Below, one piece after another: positions 12,574 to 27,080 of a stretch of 64,000 nt of DNA. Each line of letters opens with the position of its first letter. Position 1 is the first letter of the stretch. A model generated the notes under the pieces. It had not been told where the DNA came from. It made no database searches and was given only the letters and a program-made list of their open reading frames with translations. The position numbers and the translations under genes are program-made. Source of the DNA: Octopus vulgaris (Eukaryota); contig OX597826.1 in NCBI GenBank assembly GCA_951406725.2, positions 4,154,001-4,218,000 of the forward strand. Reading direction: 5' to 3'.

Positions 12574-12955
12574 CTAGCAGTATCGCCCGGCGTTGCTCTG
12601 GTTGTAAGGGAAATAACTATATAAGCATTTTTAGAGAGTTATAGCCAAAAAATGCATTAAAAATTGAAAATAAATTAAGGTAACTATTTTTTAAATCGTT
12701 GACACATCGTAGATATTTTTAGAGAGTTACTTCCCTTATATAAAAGCGAAAAAAATGCATTAAAATGGAAAAATATGATGGTAATTTTTTTTAAATCGTA
12801 GACTCATCGTAGACGCACGCTAATACCCAGAAGGGCTCGATATGAATCACGACTAAAAGATACCCGCTTTTGGTTAAACTGCACCGCAAAATGTGGGAGT
12901 AGTTAGGAATCTAAATCGTAGGAGACAGACACACAACTTCACTCTTATATAAAGA
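12574..12955 (-). mobile_element. Complete non-autonomous Helitron (~380 bp)
   Basis: Minus strand starts A|TCTTTATATAAG and ends hairpin-gatactgCTAG|T; no TSD. Confidence 0.85.
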
Positions 12956-13599
12956 TGCTTTTTTTTTCAGTCATAGAGTTAGATTTATGAAGGTCTTCAG
13001 TAGAAAATCCTTCGAATTCTGACTCGCTGCTTGATATAATGAAATTCGTATCCATTTTTTGTCAGAATTAAAAATTTTGAAAACACAATAGGAACAAATT
13101 TCGGAAAAAAAATCTCCCATAATTCACGGAATTAAAATTACACTTCGATTTTTGTACAAAACTGTAGTTGAAGTGTTTACGAAGTATAATACGTGTTTTC
13201 ACGAATGTACTAAAGAGATTTGCTCTGATATTCTCATTTAAATATGAATAGGTAAATTCGGGCGGCTTGGTAACTATATATAAGTGTCGTCTGTTTATAC
13301 ATAAACACTGTTTCATACTGCAATTATATATACATATATCTATATATAATATTATATAATAAAATATATACAGAGTAAAATAAAAACCAATTTACCTTTT
13401 CTGTCCTCCGTGTGTCTTTGCAAATGTGTTGGAATGATAAGTGAGTTGTGTTTTTGCGCCTTTTTTACTAATAACAAACACACACGTGTTTGTATGTAGT
13501 TGTATGTGTATGTAGTTGTATGTAGTTGTATATGTATGTGTATGCGTGTGTGTGAGGAATGACACACACACTCACGCACGCACACATGTACATCAATGC

Positions 13600-14122
13600 T
13601 TTCGGACTGATATGTTAAAATATTGAGTTTTCTCGAATTTTGTCTTAATTGGGGGTGAAATTGAAAGAAATATATTATGGCATGAGCGAATGGAGTACTT
13701 TGAAAAATCTTAGGTAAATTCTAATTGAAGAAGTTGTGTGAGGATTAAATGGTTATGTATTTATTTGTTTCTGTTTGCTGTGTTTTTTTATTTTTTGAGT
13801 AGTGGTTTAAACACTTTCAGTTTAGTCTTCCTCAAATCACTCTGTCGCTATTTACTTTCATTTTATTCGTTGCCCACTGTGTGTGTGCGTTTGCGTGTGG
13901 TGTAAACCAGACTAAGAAAAGCATTTGACACACACACCAGAATGTGAGTTTTCTGTAAATTTTGCTTAATTGGAGTTTAAATTTTAAAAACTGGACCTGG
14001 CATGACGCGATGCATTGTACTCTTAAAAATGCTAGGTAAATTATAATTGAAGAAATCCTATATTGTAGATTTGTATAACTCCCAAAGGGAGGCAGATAAA
14101 ATCTGCCTTTTATAATAAGAGA
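13600..14122 (-). mobile_element. Helitron-like 5' fragments with a diverged internal duplication
   Basis: Minus strand starts A|TCTCTTATTATAAAAGGC. 13625-13732 and 13946-14052 are diverged copies of one another. Confidence 0.5.
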
Positions 14123-14166
14123 TATATATCAGATACATAGAGAGAAATAGCGAGAGAATAAAAGTA

Positions 14167-14227
<61 letters not shown>

Positions 14228-14275
14228 TAAAGATAGATAGATAGATAGATAAATGGATATATAGATAGATAGATC

Positions 14276-14380
<105 letters not shown>

Positions 14381-14949
14381 ATGGATAGATAGATTATAAA
14401 TAAACATAATACACAGCGCATGTGTGTAACTGTGTGTATCGTTCACATTCGATAATTTAAATTTTATTTACTGTATTTCTACAAAACACGATGTTTAACT
14501 ACTGACTATCGATAGATTCGTTGTTTTGGCCTGTGTCTATGTGCGTGTGTAATTGCGAACAGCGATTCGGTTTATATCTTCTAAAAAACAACAAAAGATA
14601 TTGTATGGTCATTCATCAATTTTTTAGCACGGAGCCAAGAGAAACACACATACACAGACCTCTTCAAGCACGCTCAAACATACGCACGCATGCACCCACG
14701 CACACTCACATACACACACACTCACTCACATACACACACACACTCACATATATACCTATATTTGCATATATGCATATGTGTATATGTGCATATACATAAA
14801 TATGTTCATATGCATATAATGTATATATATATGCATATGCATATAAGTATATATATGTCTATATATACATATATATATATATATATGTATATATATATGT
14901 GTATATATAAATGTGTATATATATATGTAAATATATATATATTTATATA

Positions 14950-15017
<68 letters not shown>

Positions 15018-15114
15018 AAGCAAGCATTAGAATATACATATATTCTCATAAATATAGAGGCATATATATATGCAAATGTATGTATGTATATGCAAGTTTA
15101 CGTGCCTTTATTTA

Positions 15115-15150
<36 letters not shown>

Positions 15151-16050
15151 TAGAAGCATATAATTATATGTATGTGTTGTGTGTGTATGTTTACAGAATA
15201 AAAAAACAACATTTTTATTTCAATATGCAGTCATACACACACATATCCATACGCATGCAAGCATAGGCACATACACTACAATACGATACATGCTTACACA
15301 CATACAGACATTTAAATACATACGACTTTATCAAAGTTCATATTCGGTTCGCACCGCCCCAGTGTTTTTGGAGCACAGCCAGAAAACTTCATATTAATAT
15401 CAGCTTGGGTCAATAGGGCCGAATATCAATTTCACGTCAATCTATTATGTTAGCAATTTGAAGACACAGCACTATCAGGCGCTCCTTCTTCTTCTTTCCC
15501 TCCCGCTATTTTTTTTTTTTACATATATTTGGAAATGTTGCCCCATTAGTTTATCGTTATAAACTTATTTTTGTTTCTTTACATAATTATATTTTAATAT
15601 GACCTCCATTGGTGTGTTTTTATAAATTTATTGAAATAATGTTTTTTAAAAATTTATTTATTAGTGTATAATAAGCATTATCATTGCTCTTCTCATTCGG
15701 TTTCTTCGTGTGATGTTGATGCCAAATTGGTATTCCTGCCGCTCTGTTTCGTCTTTGTTTTTCGTTCTCCTCTTGAAAGAAACTAGGAATACGTCTGTGC
15801 TTACATATCTTAACACTTTTACAGCTATGAGTCAGCGAGAGAACCTCTGCATGGTAACACGCTCTACTAGAAATAATAACCAAACCACCTTCGAGTCAGA
15901 ATGTAATTTCTTCAGAATGGAAGAACATACTGTGTAATGTATTCCAGTGCCAATGATAACGAAAAGAAATGGACAGAGTTTATTCGGCTTACTTTGATAA
16001 TAAACTGCTTGGTTACCGCTGACCAACGCCCTTTTATCTTTTACGTTTCA

Positions 16051-16219
16051 TTTACATTATTTACATTCGACGGATATTTGTCCTCATCTTGTTTGTTGTT
16101 AACACATTTCTACTGATATACCCTCCAGGCTTCATCAGGTATCTTGGGGAAATTTCGAACCTGGGTTCTCATTCAAAAGGTATTTTTTTATGTTATTATT
16201 ATTGTTATTGTTGTTATCA

Positions 16220-16303
<84 letters not shown>

Positions 16304-16380
16304 TCACTGCCTGAAATCGAACTCGGAATCTTGGGGTTAGTAGCGTGCGCTCTTAAACATACGCTATATTCCCACGGGCA
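16051..16380 (-). mobile_element. tRNA-headed SINE-like element with (AAT)n spacer and hammerhead-bearing tail
   Basis: Minus strand: atagcgtatgtttaagagcgcacgctactaaccccaagattccGAGTTCGATTTCaggcagtgacc, then (aat)n, then gatac-CTGATGA-agcctg...cagta-GAAA-t-gtgtt, ending in tgtaaataatgtaaa. Confidence 0.65.
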
Positions 16381-16401
16381 TATATATATGTGTGTGTGTG
16401 T

Positions 16402-16690
16402 ATACGACAGGCTTCTTTCAGTTTCCGTCTACCAAATCCACTCACAAGAATTTGGTCGGCCTGTGGCTATAGTAGAAGACACTTACCCAAGGTGCAGCCC
16501 AGCGGGACTGAAACCGGAACCATGTGGTTGGGAAGCAAGCTTACATATATATATACGACGGGTTTCTTTTACTTTCCTTCTACCAAATCCACTCACAAGA
16601 CCTTAGTCAGCCCGAGACCATAGTAGAAGACATTTGCCTGATGTGCGATGCAAGGAGACTGGATCCTGAACCATGTGGTTTGAAAGCAAC
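16402..16690 (-). mobile_element. Two tandem partial SINE family A 5' halves
   Basis: Two successive copies of tttccgtctaccaaatccactcacaag...gaaccatgtggtt. Confidence 0.8.
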
Positions 16691-16764
16691 TATTTTGCAC
16701 TCAGGTATTTTACTCATATTGTTTTATAGATGACGGAAGCTAGTGTTTTACTGGCTGGGGTAAT

Positions 16765-17035
16765 CAACCTTACGTTCACGAGTTTGATTTCCGACGACGT
16801 GTTGTGTCATTGAGCAAGAAACTTTATTTCACATTGTTCCGGTCCACTCACCTGGTAGTAACTCAACTGTTATTACCTGTATTTCAAAGAACCAACCTTA
16901 TCACACTCTGCGTCACGCTGAATCTCCATGAAACCTTCGTTAAGTTTACCCGCGTCTCTGGATTGCTCAGCCACTTACACGTTAATTTCATGAGCAGGCT
17001 GTTCCGTTCCTCGAATCAACTGGAACCCACTTCGT
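16765..17035 (+). mobile_element. SINE family B (CORE-like domain), degraded
   Basis: gtgtcattgagcaagaaactttatttcacattg and tail gtcacgctgaatctcc...gagcaggctgttccgtt as in 48231-48616. Confidence 0.75.
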
Positions 17036-18296
17036 TTCATGGATAGACATAAATTATTCTTTACTTTTCTCTCGAGAACCTTATATTTTGTGTGGGGACG
17101 AGGGTAAATCCTTTATAGAATTTGTCTACTTCAATACAATATTTATATATACGTGTTATTTCTTTGATTACTAATTACATGGTATATAATAATATGATTG
17201 ATTATATAAAATATAAAACTATTTATCTTTCACGTTATTCCTGAAAACATTTACACGACCTTATCTCTATTTCATTAAAATACATGTCAGATTACGATAA
17301 TCACATGAAGGAATATCTTCATCTATCCTGCAGAAACAACTTACAATTATACATCCAATAAATGAAATACCGCAGTTTACCAAATATTCGTTTCCCTACA
17401 TATTTGAATCAGTAATTCTTCCTCTCTCTACAACAAACTGCAACACTCCACTATGTCGAATTTAGTTATCATCATCCATACCAATCCCATATCAGTGTAA
17501 AAATATTAATTTCGTATTTCGTAACTATTGTCTTTATTAATCCTCTGTTGTTTCAACATTTGTACTGCATGAGACAAGTTTACTAATTGAGGACAAACAG
17601 ACATAAAATATAGTCTCTCAGAACGCAAGCATCAGAAAATAAATCCGAATTTGCGTAAAATTTTGTCGAAATAATTGGTGTGGGGAATTATATAGAAAAT
17701 TCAAGTACATGGAACCTAGTTATAAACGACTATCTTTCATAGTTATGTTAACATGAATTGCAAGACACAAATTTTAATATACTGCATAAAATTGGCCTAT
17801 TCATTAAAGAAATTGCATTGAACCGATCGGAAATTCCATAACTAAAGTGTCACAAAACATAATCAACAAATGCGGCTGCGAGAACAGCAGGAAATCCTAC
17901 AAAGTAAACATCGAACAGGGGTAGCAAATTTATTTATTCTTTTACAATAAAATTTTGGTAAATTAACTTATACTTTTATAATATAATTTTACAATATACT
18001 TTTGGTAAAATTAATTATACTTTTAGAATATACTTTTGGTGAATGACCACGCAATGATCCACAGCACCAGAAAGTAATCGAAATATAGCTTACAAATTAT
18101 TTTCAAGGACAGTATACGCGTAACATAAATAATAATCGTTATTTATCCAGCTCTTTCATGTATTCAAATCTTGACAAGTCCCAATGCAGATTAATGCACT
18201 GGTTGCAAGCAACAAGCGGCTTTCCTATTTTAACTCATTCTATTGTAAATTATTTTATTTTTAGTGGAAATAATCTTTTATTAATTTGTTAATTAC

Positions 18297-18370
<74 letters not shown>

Positions 18371-18534
18371 TTATGTATATATGTATGTATATATGTATAT
18401 ATGTATGTATGTATGTATATATGTAAATATGTATGTATGTATATATATGTATATATATATATGTATGTAGTATGTATGTATATATATATATGTATATATG
18501 TATATATACATATATATATGTATGTATATATATA

Positions 18535-18578
<44 letters not shown>

Positions 18579-18581
18579 GTG

Positions 18582-18612
<31 letters not shown>

Positions 18613-18721
18613 GTGTATATATATATTTATATATATATGTGTTTTTTTGTGTGTGTGTGTGTGTATGTATGTATATATATATATGTATGTATATATATAT
18701 ATGTATGCATATATATATGCA

Positions 18722-18768
<47 letters not shown>

Positions 18769-19099
18769 ATGTATGTATGTATGTATGTATGTATGTATGT
18801 ATGTATGTATATGTATGTATAATGAAAATGAGATATTGAATAATGTTGCGGCACTTCTAATGCGGCAAAAGTGTATACGTATTGATATAAATTGACTAAA
18901 TGTTTTCTAGAAACATGGGTGATTGTGAGGTTAGATAGCTCCCATCACAAATAAGTGATTATTTTCGTGTTCCATCCAACTGCGAAAAATCTTGTTCAAG
19001 CAGTATAAACCGTAGCCTTTGAGTTGACTAATGGAGTATGATACGTGTCAGATAAATCTGGTTTTATGTTAGTGCATGTTTTCCATAAATATTTCTTTT

Positions 19100-19472
19100 C
19101 TTTTCTTTTATTTGTTTCAGTCACCGTGTTTAGTTGGGCAAATCGACCCCAGGACTTATTCTTTGTATGCCTAGTACTTATTCTATCAGTCCCCCTTGCC
19201 GAACCGCTAAGTGAAGAGGACGTATAATACACCAGCATCGGTTGTCAAGCGACGTTGGGGGGACAAACACAGACACACAAACATATACATACACACACAC
19301 ATATATATACGACGGGCTTCATTCAGCTTCCGTCTACCAAATCTACTCACAAGGCTTTGGTCGGCCCGAGGGTATAGTAGAAGACACTTGCCCAAAGTGT
19401 CACGCAATGGGATTGAACCCGGAACCATGTGGTTCGTAAGCAAGTTACTTACCACACAGCCACTCCTTCGCC
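19100..19472 (-). mobile_element. SINE family A
   Basis: Reverse complement of the family A consensus. Confidence 0.9.
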
Positions 19473-19929
19473 TAAATATATCAGAGAAAGATTTTTATTG
19501 ATAAAAAACTGATTAAATCATTGTATTTGAACAGACAATTTTAAGATTTAGGCACCAGTTATGTTATCTGATGAGGACGCATGTTATCTAGTGAGGACGA
19601 TTGGCCTCGTGGTTAAGTATTGCACTCACGAGATCGAGAAAGTGGTTTCAATTCCTAGACCGGGTGGTATGTTGTTTTCATGAACATTTCACATTGTCTG
19701 CAATCATTTTGACACCTGACGTATCGTACACTTTGCACCTCTTCAGGCAACGTCTATTTGATGAAGGTAGTGAGCTAAAGTGCAGCACATACATTTGATT
19801 ACCATAAACAAATCATGTATGTATGTCATTCAGCAAAAATTTGAAGGTTCATTCGTCGTTTTCGACGGTAGAGTCCATCATATTATCTGGAGATTTTTGT
19901 TGTTTGGCATATTTCCACACTCATCTTAA

Positions 19930-20388
19930 CTCGAACTAGACTCTGCTTATTTATTTCAAACGTAAAATCTGTGCTTTTGTATGGCTCTCAAACATGGAGA
20001 GCAACCTGCAGCAGCTACAAGAAGATCCAGACCTTCATCAACAAATTCTCCGGCAGATCCTCCATCTGAAGAGTTTCGACAGAGTGCCAAACACCGACCT
20101 GTGGGAAAGGGTCAACCAGATTAGACGAAGGAAATGGAGATTTATCGGATACACACTGCGGAAAGAACCCTCAAATGTGACACGACAAGCACTTGAATGG
20201 AACCCGCAGGGGAAAAGGAAGCGAGGACGCCCGAAGCAGATATGGAAGCTGAGCATTTTGGACGAGCTCAGGACCACCGACCAGACATGGGAAGCAGCCA
20301 AGAAACGCGCCAATGACTGCAAAATGTGGGAAACAACTGTTGAGGCCCTATGCCCCACAAGGGACAAAGAGGATTAAGAAGAAGAAGA
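19930..20388 (+). mobile_element. RTE-clade LINE 3' fragment (RT C-terminal region) with (GAA)n tail
   Basis: SNVKSVLLYGSQTW...IRRRKWRFIGYTLRKEPSNVTRQALEWNPQGKRKRGRPKQIW, typical of RTE C-termini. Stop codon followed by gaagaagaaga. Confidence 0.85.
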
Positions 20389-20800
20389 TATTTCAACACT
20401 CAGACGACCCTATCGACCCACCTAGACGACCCTATCGACCCAGAAGACCCAGACGGGGATAATCAAGTTCCGACTGGTCTGAGTCAAGTAAGCACTATCT
20501 CAGAAGATTCCAACCTACATAGACTTCCTGATCCACAGGCAACGTGAATCCAACACTGATGACACTATTACCAACTTCTGGGACATCCATCTACTGTTAC
20601 TTGTGATGACCATCATGGTGTAGGCACAGCATGTGGACTGACTTGTGAACATACAGCGCCTTCACCTTAGTGAGATCAAAAATATGGATCACCAAACGCC
20701 CTTTCAAGAAATGCCTAGACAAGTTCGGCAAACTTTGAATCACTTCTGCTTATTTGCTTCTTCAATATAGTGCTTGCAGTTGGTAAGCCTTGGTGTGGAC

Positions 20801-20966
20801 GAGTGGTTCCCAACCTTTTCACTAACAAGGAACCCCTGTTATTTAAATGAGTTTTCCCACGGAGCCCAGGATATTGAAACATCTGTCAGCTTAAAATGTT
20901 CACGGAACCCCAGTACTACCTTTGCGAACGACCAGGGTTTCGCGAACCAGAGGTTGAGATCTACCG
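20801..20966. mobile_element. hAT (Charlie-like) MITE
   Basis: Imperfect TIRs gagtggttcccaacc / ggttgagatctaccg; degenerate 8-bp TSD gtgtggac / gtgttggc. Confidence 0.65.
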
Positions 20967-21470
20967 GTGTTGGCAATAGACATCATTAGGAGGAGACGCG
21001 GACACTGATTAATTCCATTGTAGATGGAGGGCGCAGTAGATTCGGATCATAGTGATATAGCCTAAGGAAGCACTCATTATCCAAAGCTTTTCGACATTTA
21101 CTGAAATCGTACTTCACAATCTACCGCCAGCAGCAGACATCGGATGCACGCGAATGTATGTATGCATCTTGAGATACATATGTTAGTAACCGTTCCTCCT
21201 ACGGAGCAACAAGTTGTATCCAGTGAGTGCGATCTGCTACAGACGTTTTTACACGTAGCCGTTTTTGCATCAGTTCAGGTCAATTGCAGCTACCGTAAGT
21301 CCTCGTGGAGAGTACTGCACCAGTTTTTGGAGCGGTCTTCCTCTCCCTCGTTTGCTCCCAGCTGGTGTCTATATATTGGTAATGCTAAAATGTTGTATAT
21401 ATAATTTAATGTAAGCACAAACATTAATATAATATATAATATTATGTGTGTGTATATAAAGATAGATAGG

Positions 21471-21524
<54 letters not shown>

Positions 21525-22306
21525 TGTATATATTTCTGGGAGGAGTGTGCCCGCACGTTCCCTGCACATGTGTGTTCCTGCGTATGTTTATGTGAGTGTG
21601 TTTCTATGTATATGCATATAACTATATAACTTTCAGATGGTATGTGTATTTATTCCTATATTTGTACTTGTGCACAAACATACAGCTGTTTCGATTCATG
21701 CTACTATATATCTCTCTATCTTCATATGTTTTTCGTTAGGTGAGAACTATCCAGATGAGGATTTCAATGAAACTATCGTATCTATAGATTCAGAATCTAT
21801 ATTCTATCATTACAACAAATACTTCTATTATTGTATAGGAAAACATAAGAATGTCAACGCTTGCAAATCTGCATACGCGAGTAGTGCTAAAAATGATCTC
21901 TTTCTTTTTCAAACTAAAACTCTGAGCGCACCCAATACAATCTCACTCGCATATAAACGTCATCGTCGTCGTCGTCTATGTCTCTCTCTCTTTCACTCTC
22001 GTTCTCTCTCACTCACATTATTTATCTGTGTGTATGAGAGAGAAAGAGAGATGGAGAGAAAGAAAGAAATCCCGAATACTGAGAATAGTACTCGAGTGCA
22101 TACACATAGAGTATTTCCCTTTATTTTCAGGTGACTGGATCAGCCAGCAGATACATAAATGCATACAAGCTTGTATATATGCATATGTGCTTACTTACAT
22201 ATGTACATACATACACATAGATAGATAGATAGATAACACATGCACACATGTATGCCTATATGCTTATATACACACAATATATATACGTATATGTATATAT
22301 ATGTAT

Positions 22307-22478
<172 letters not shown>

Positions 22479-23097
22479 TGTATGTATGTATGTATGTATG
22501 TATTTCTGTTAAAGTTCTGTCTAAATGTATGGGTGCCTACATACTTATCCTAAGGCATATTTTAAAGAACACCGGAAATGAATGATTTCAGATTTTTCCA
22601 GAAGAATTTTGTTACAAAATCATATTTTTTTGTTCTTTTTGAAATGCTTTTCTTACTCTTTTTTCCTTCTTTTTATATTATGAATTCGTAGGATAATGTT
22701 TTTGTTCAGAAGCCACCCTGAAGGAAACCAAAGAAATTGTTCACCCAGAGATAGAATGAAGATACTGCTCTCGGCATATTGTTTATTTTCAACATATCAT
22801 TTCCTAGTTTGTTTAGCTGTAACAACAACAACAACAATAATAATATTATAATAATAATAATAATAATAATGATAATAATAATGATAATAATAATTGTGGT
22901 CGTGATGGAGGTAATTATCATTACCATAATTTCTTGTAAGAAATGACTGGGAAAAGGAATATGAGAGAATACGTCTTAGGTTTTTCTTTTATCAAAAATG
23001 GATGTAGTGGAAAATAGATCTCACCTCATCTTCTCATTATGCATGCTTTCATGCATATGCATATACGTATATTTATGTGCACACACACATGCATACA

Positions 23098-23168
<71 letters not shown>

Positions 23169-23445
23169 GTAGATTTATATATACGTATCCTCCTTTTCAC
23201 ATATATTACTCATTATATATGTATGTATGTATGTATACTAGTTATTTTTCAAAATTTTGAGCCAAGCACATTTAATGACGACTGCAGGAAAAGAATACAT
23301 TTATATGATTTTAAAATGGATCCTATTAAAGTTTCAAATTTGGGACATCTTTCACGCATCTTTCCATCTATGGATGATTCATCCATCCGAACATACATAC
23401 ATACATACATACATACATACATACATACATACATACATACATACA

Positions 23446-23476
<31 letters not shown>

Positions 23477-23610
23477 GCATGTATACATACACATCTAGGC
23501 ATATCTGTGAAATTAAAGAGGTGAAGGAGATATACCCACCAGAAAACACGGATTGCAAGAAATAGTATGACACTCGGTTAGTGTCGAAATCTACAAAGAT
23601 CTAGATGCTA

Positions 23611-23999
23611 GGCGTAGGAGTGGCTGTGTGGTAAGTAGCTTGCTTACCAACCACATGGTTCCGGGTTCAGTCCCACTGCATGGCACCTGGGGCAGGTGTC
23701 TTCTGCTATAGCCTCGGGCCGACTAAGGCCTTCTTAGTGGATTTGGTAGACGGAAACTGAAAGAAGACCATCTTATATATGTATATATATATGTGTGTGT
23801 GTGTACGTGTGCGTGTTTGTATGTGTGTATCTGCGTTTTTGTCCCCAACATCGCCGGTGCTGGTGTGTTTACGTCCCCGTAATTTAGCGGTTCAGCAAAA
23901 TAGACCGTTAGAATAAGTACTAGGCTTACGATTTGCTCAACTCAAGGCGGTGCCCCAGCATGACCAGAGTCAAATTACTGAAACAAGTAAAAGAGTAAA
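23611..23999 (+). mobile_element. SINE family A
   Basis: Full head and tail match to family A. Confidence 0.9.
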
Positions 24000-24429
24000 C
24001 ATTGATATTTCAGTCTACCGTGATGCGTGGAATTCAAATAAGTCTCTCTGTGACGTTGCTTTATATTAGTGCCGTAAACAAGCTTGAGCAAGAATGCAGA
24101 ATCTTTCGAGCAGCGTCGAATGCCTTGCATTATTTGCTTCGAGTTTCTGTTCTTTGAGTTCATATCCTGTTGAAATTCCCATTGCCGTATATCATGTGAA
24201 TGGTTATAAAGTAGCTACATCTCCGGCGGATGCATTAGCGGAATTGTTTAAAACGTCGGGTGATAAAACGTAAGGTATCTGTTTTGTGTCTTTGTATTCT
24301 GGCATCTACTTCGACAACGACGCTAGTCCCTGATTGAATTAAACTTTGACTTGTGAATGATCGGTAACATAGAAATGGAATACTTTCATATATGGGCAAG
24401 AGTTAGTCAAGATTCCAACAAAGAACTGC

Positions 24430-24790
24430 GTGCACGCACGCATCAGCCCCGCAGCCTCTCACCTCATAGCTATCCGTCGTATCCGCTGGTATGGATATGT
24501 CGTCCGTCTCCCGCTAGATCATCCAGGGCTTTACTCTCATTCGAGGCAACCGCTGCGAACTAGCAGAAGCTTCGTGACAGGCCCCGCATCAGTTGGTTGG
24601 ACGTGATTGAGGAAGATCTCCAGAGGCTCAACGTCACTTTGGAGTAAGCAGAGGGGTTGCCACAGAGGAGTCAGTGATAGAGAGTACTGGTTGACCGAGT
24701 CGGCTCTACGCATGATGAGATCTCTGGAACCACAAACGTGGGATGACCCCAGCCTCGTCAAGCAAGTACATAAGGCGAAGCAAGCGAAGT
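24430..24790 (+). mobile_element. Degraded RTE-like LINE 3' fragment
   Basis: Frameshifted IAIRRIRWYGYVVRLP...GP..SWLDVIEEDL, resembling RTE C-termini. Confidence 0.6.
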
Positions 24791-26409
24791 GAAGCTAGTC
24801 ATCAACGAGCCAAAAACATTTAAATCTCGCCTAACCTTGCGCCTTAGTGACAAAATTACCATGGGTATATAACTAGGCAATCTATTGCTCAGACATATAA
24901 CAAAAGAAGTCATAGATTTGAAAGATGAGGATTTATTTATAGGAAGTCTCTGTAGCATAAATCTTATGCTAATCGCCAGTTCACGAAACCAACGTTATAT
25001 TCGTTCGAGCTGTAGCAAAAGCAATAAAATGATTCTCAGATTTCACTTTATTGTTTTAGGAAGTGATACAAAGAATTTTGTGGTTCTAAATCCCCGGGTA
25101 TCTTAAAACAATTCTGAGTAGTATTAGCTGGATTGCCCTCACTCATGTATCAGTTTCATCGAGGCTGACCTGGCGATAAAAGTGCGAGAACAATATACTA
25201 TAAGAGTTTTTCACTTCTAAAATTACGTTTGCATACTGTTTACTGATTTGCGCTGGACGTGGGCATTTCAGATATTCCAAAGTGCAACTGGAGATATCTT
25301 TTATTCTATTTGTTTAGAAATTGTGTTCCCTTCACAGAATCAGTAAGATGTGCACTTTTTCACATCTTGAATTCAAATCGTAAATACGCCAACCTTACCT
25401 TTCATCCCCATCTAATGTTTACTCTGTCTTTTATGAGTCCTAAATCCAAGAAAGATCAACTACACAATTTATCCTGAACAAATCCAAATGAATTCGACTA
25501 TGACATTCACCATTCCTGGAATGACAGCAGACAACTTTGCCTGTTACCCTTCACAGTCAGATAACCTTCACAAGCACATATCCTCCACAAACTTCATGTC
25601 GACTTTGCTTTTATTATCACATAATCCCGGAACTTGCAGCTTCGTTGATACTTTCAAAACTCCACATCTTTGCTTTTTATCCTTGCAGAATCCTACAAAG
25701 AGCCAACCTCTTTAAACCATAAACCCTCATCAAAGTCAATAATTTTACCGTTCATTCTTGCAATCTCCTGCAAAAGTTAACTTCTTTAACTTCTTCTAAA
25801 TCTCACAGAGGTAAGTTTTGCTTTTCATTGCTGACCTACAGTATATTATTTCGCCCACATCTGATGCGGTGATGGTGTTGCACTCACAAACCCCATTCAG
25901 AGAAAGTTCGCCTGAAAGTTTGACATGAAATTATTCACAGACATACTCCAGCCTCTGTTCCTTAGACCTGCTGTCATCTGACTCTGTATTTTCTACCATT
26001 ACAAAAATGGCTTCTGTTCTTCGGAGTTAACTGATCTCTTACCAACTGCAATTCAGCATTCTAGATTCCCTCATCTTATTACCATGCAAGTTAGATGTTA
26101 AAGATCGAATTCCATTATTTTTCTCAAATATCACAGAAGTCAGTTTTGCTTTTCATCCTTGCAGAATCTTACAAAGACCTAATTCTTTCAAGCTTCTCGT
26201 CTCCTAAAAATGGCAATGGTGCCACTGATTCTTTCGTTGATATCCTCCATAGACTTTACTCCGGTTCCACTGTCTTTATGCCAGTGTTAATATCAATGTC
26301 AAATGGCGATATTCTGGTTCCTGTTTTGTCTCAAAACTTCTGAAGTCTTAAGTGAAAATTATAATTCTTTTATTATGATTTCATACCGAATCACTGTTAT
26401 CCGTAATAA

Positions 26410-26610
26410 CGGTTTCAAATCTTGGCACAAGACCAGTAATTTCGGTCTGGGTAATTCGATTACATCGATCCCAGTACTAGACTGTTATTTTATCAACCCG
26501 AAAAGATGAAAGGCAAAATCGATCTCGACGAATGTTGGAATCAGAATATAAAGACAGGCGGGAAAACACCTTGTATTTTACCCGGGGTGCTGACACATCG
26601 TCACCTTACG
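26410..26610 (-). mobile_element. SINE family D, degraded
   Basis: tttatcaacccgaaaagatgaaaggcaaaatcgatctcgacg is the reverse complement of the family D central domain. Confidence 0.7.
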
Positions 26611-26769
26611 CAGTTATCCATAATATCGCTATTCTAATTGTTAGATCCAACATTGTCGGTAATGAAGCAAATACCAGTAAGATATCAGGTTCGAATCAAA
26701 TTAATTATAATATCCCACAATACAAATTAACTTCCCGTTCATTAAGCAGGATATCCATAATGAAGAAGT

Positions 26770-27080
26770 GTAGCAGCAACAGCAGCAGCAGAGCAGCAGC
26801 AGCAACAGCCACAGCGGCAGAAAAATTAGCTGCAGCAGCAGCAGTAACAGCAGCAGCACTAACGCAAGTAGTTGCAGTATTAGTTGTAATATAGTAATGT
26901 ATGCTGTTGCTCGGTTTGTTGTTGTTGTTGTTGTTGTCGTGGCGGCGGCGGCGGTGGTGGTGGTGGTAACGATAGCAACAACAACAACAACAACAACAGC
27001 AACCACAACTGCGACAACATCCACCACTGCAGTAACAGCAACAACAGCAGCAACGACAACAACAACAATGGCAATAACAA
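26770..27080. repeat. Degenerate (CAG)/(CAA)/(GTT) trinucleotide array
   Basis: Directly visible. Confidence 0.9.
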
